From: Demequinaceae bacterium
GTDB taxonomy: Bacteria; Actinomycetota; Actinomycetes; Actinomycetales; Demequinaceae
DNA: 32,000 nucleotides
Assembly (NCBI GenBank): GCA_965250005.1
Contig: OZ252279.1
Location: 90,001-122,000, forward strand
Direction: 5' to 3'
Both the position numbers and the translations under genes were made by a program. The notes beneath the pieces are model-generated. The model saw only the letters and a program-made list of their open reading frames with translations, had not been told where the DNA came from and did not search any database. Positions 30,980 to 32,000 of the stretch are shown here, piece after piece; the stretch's first letter is position 1; every line of letters starts with the position of its first letter.

Positions 30980-32000
30980 CTACGCAACCTCCTCCACGGT
31001 GACTCGCACGATTCTGTCGTCCCCGTCTCGGGGGCCGCCGTTGCCATCAGTGTTGCTCGTCATGACGTAGAGCGCTCCGTCGGGCCCCCACGACACGGCT
31101 CGGATTCGACCCAAGTCGTCGAGGAGCACGTGCGGCGTGCCGACCCCCTGGCCGACTAGCGGGATCCGCCACACGCGAGAGCCGCGGAGCGCGCCCATGT
31201 AGATCGCCTCGTCGGTGACGGCGATCCCCGAAGGGGACGCCTGATCCGTTGGCCACGTAGCGACGGGGTACGTGAGCCCCTCGACTGTTGCGCCCAGCTC
31301 GGTTCCGTTGGGGGAGCCGAACAGCCCCTCAACGGTGGGCCAACCGTAGTTTGCGCCGGCGACTATTTGGTTGAGTTCGTCCTGTTCATTCTGGCCGAGC
31401 TCGGAGGCGAACATTCGCCCGTCCGGTGACCACCCCAGGCCCTGGACATTGCGGTGTCCCCAACTCCAGATGCGCGTGCCAAACGGGTTGCCCGGCGCGG
31501 CTTCACCGTCGTTAGCACCGCCGTCGGCGACGACGCGCAGGATCTTGCCCGCGAGAGAGTCGAGATCCTGCGCGAGGGGCTTATTGGCCGCGTCTCCCGT
31601 TGCGATGTAGAGGTATCCGTCGGGACCGAACCGGATTCGGCCGCCGTCGTGGTTGTGTGCCTTCGGGATTCCTGACAGGATCACGGTCGCCGGGCCGAGC
31701 GTGTCGCCGGATACCTCCATGCGCACCACCGTGTTGCCCGAATCGCGCGTGACGTATGCGAACAGCAGAGTTGGGTCGTCGGGATGCAGGGCCAGGCCTA
31801 GAAGTCCAGCTTCGCGCGCGTTGTAGAGCGCGGATTGCAGGTCGTCCGCGCCAGCTCCGGTGAGCTCAGTGACGGTGGCGCCGTCGACTCGCAGAATCTT
31901 GGCCTGATCACGCAGTGAGATTAGTGGCGTCCCGTGCGGTTCCCAAGCGATGTCCCATGGCGCGGCGAGTCCCGTGACCCAGTCCTCGCGGGCGTCGACT
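30980..32000 (-). CDS. PQQ-dependent (soluble glucose/sorbosone dehydrogenase-like) sugar dehydrogenase; 5' end outside the window
   Basis: The hand translation is open from 31999 down to the stop codon at 30980: ...GLAAPWDIAWEPHGTPLI...HNHDGGRIRFGPDGYLYIATGD...SWGHRNVQGLGWSPDGRMFASELGQNEQDELNQIVAGANYGWP. Confidence 0.85.
   Translation of the reverse strand, partial: VDAREDWVTGLAAPWDIAWEPHGTPLISLRDQAKILRVDGATVTELTGAGADDLQSALYNAREAGLLGLALHPDDPTLLFAYVTRDSGNTVVRMEVSGDTLGPATVILSGIPKAHNHDGGRIRFGPDGYLYIATGDAANKPLAQDLDSLAGKILRVVADGGANDGEAAPGNPFGTRIWSWGHRNVQGLGWSPDGRMFASELGQNEQDELNQIVAGANYGWPTVEGLFGSPNGTELGATVEGLTYPVATWPTDQASPSGIAVTDEAIYMGALRGSRVWRIPLVGQGVGTPHVLLDDLGRIRAVSWGPDGALYVMTSNTDGNGGPRDGDDRIVRVTVEEVA

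Overview
High-GC, Actinomycetota-like chromosomal window. About 35 protein-coding genes can be supported. I found no rRNA or tRNA genes, no CRISPR array, and no integrase or transposase. All calls come from reading the ORF translations and the DNA by eye. Family names are motif recognition, not search results.

Contents from left to right:
- 1-2625: 3' part of a large LAATG-anchored surface protein built from 213-bp in-frame repeats.
- 2974-9678: the most unusual region. Two ~80%-identical direct copies of a small membrane-protein gene, each with its 36-nt leader, bracket a ~5.3-kb cassette of three plus-strand membrane-protein genes. These are a single-pass protein of unknown family, a membrane-tethered LacI/PBP-type ligand-binding domain with clearly atypical codon usage, and an 868-aa polytopic protein with lipase-like alpha/beta-hydrolase motifs. 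A mazEF toxin-antitoxin pair sits directly beside the second repeat copy.
- 10062-11924: a CASTOR/POLLUX-like RCK channel.
- 11975-13543: a polytopic membrane protein with a proline-rich tail encoded partly by a 15-bp tandem repeat.
- 13716-16234: a GH3 plus ROK-kinase pair.
- 16357-17522: a GNAT acetyltransferase and a YbaK-like deacylase.
- 17519-22106: a tightly coupled four-gene 2-oxoacid:ferredoxin oxidoreductase operon. The separate delta ferredoxin is replaced by a GltD-like flavoprotein-ferredoxin fusion.
- 22219-32000: an OatA-like acyltransferase followed by small accessory genes (DUF1353-TM, ICMT-like, lipoprotein, PKD-like secreted protein, YCII, ArsR plus an SRPBCC gene carrying an in-frame TAG, SDR, TM2, DUF1304, VOC, and a partial PQQ-type sugar dehydrogenase).

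The best candidate for an undescribed system is the repeat-bracketed three-gene cassette at 3616-8689. Its function is unknown, and linkage between its genes is inference only.
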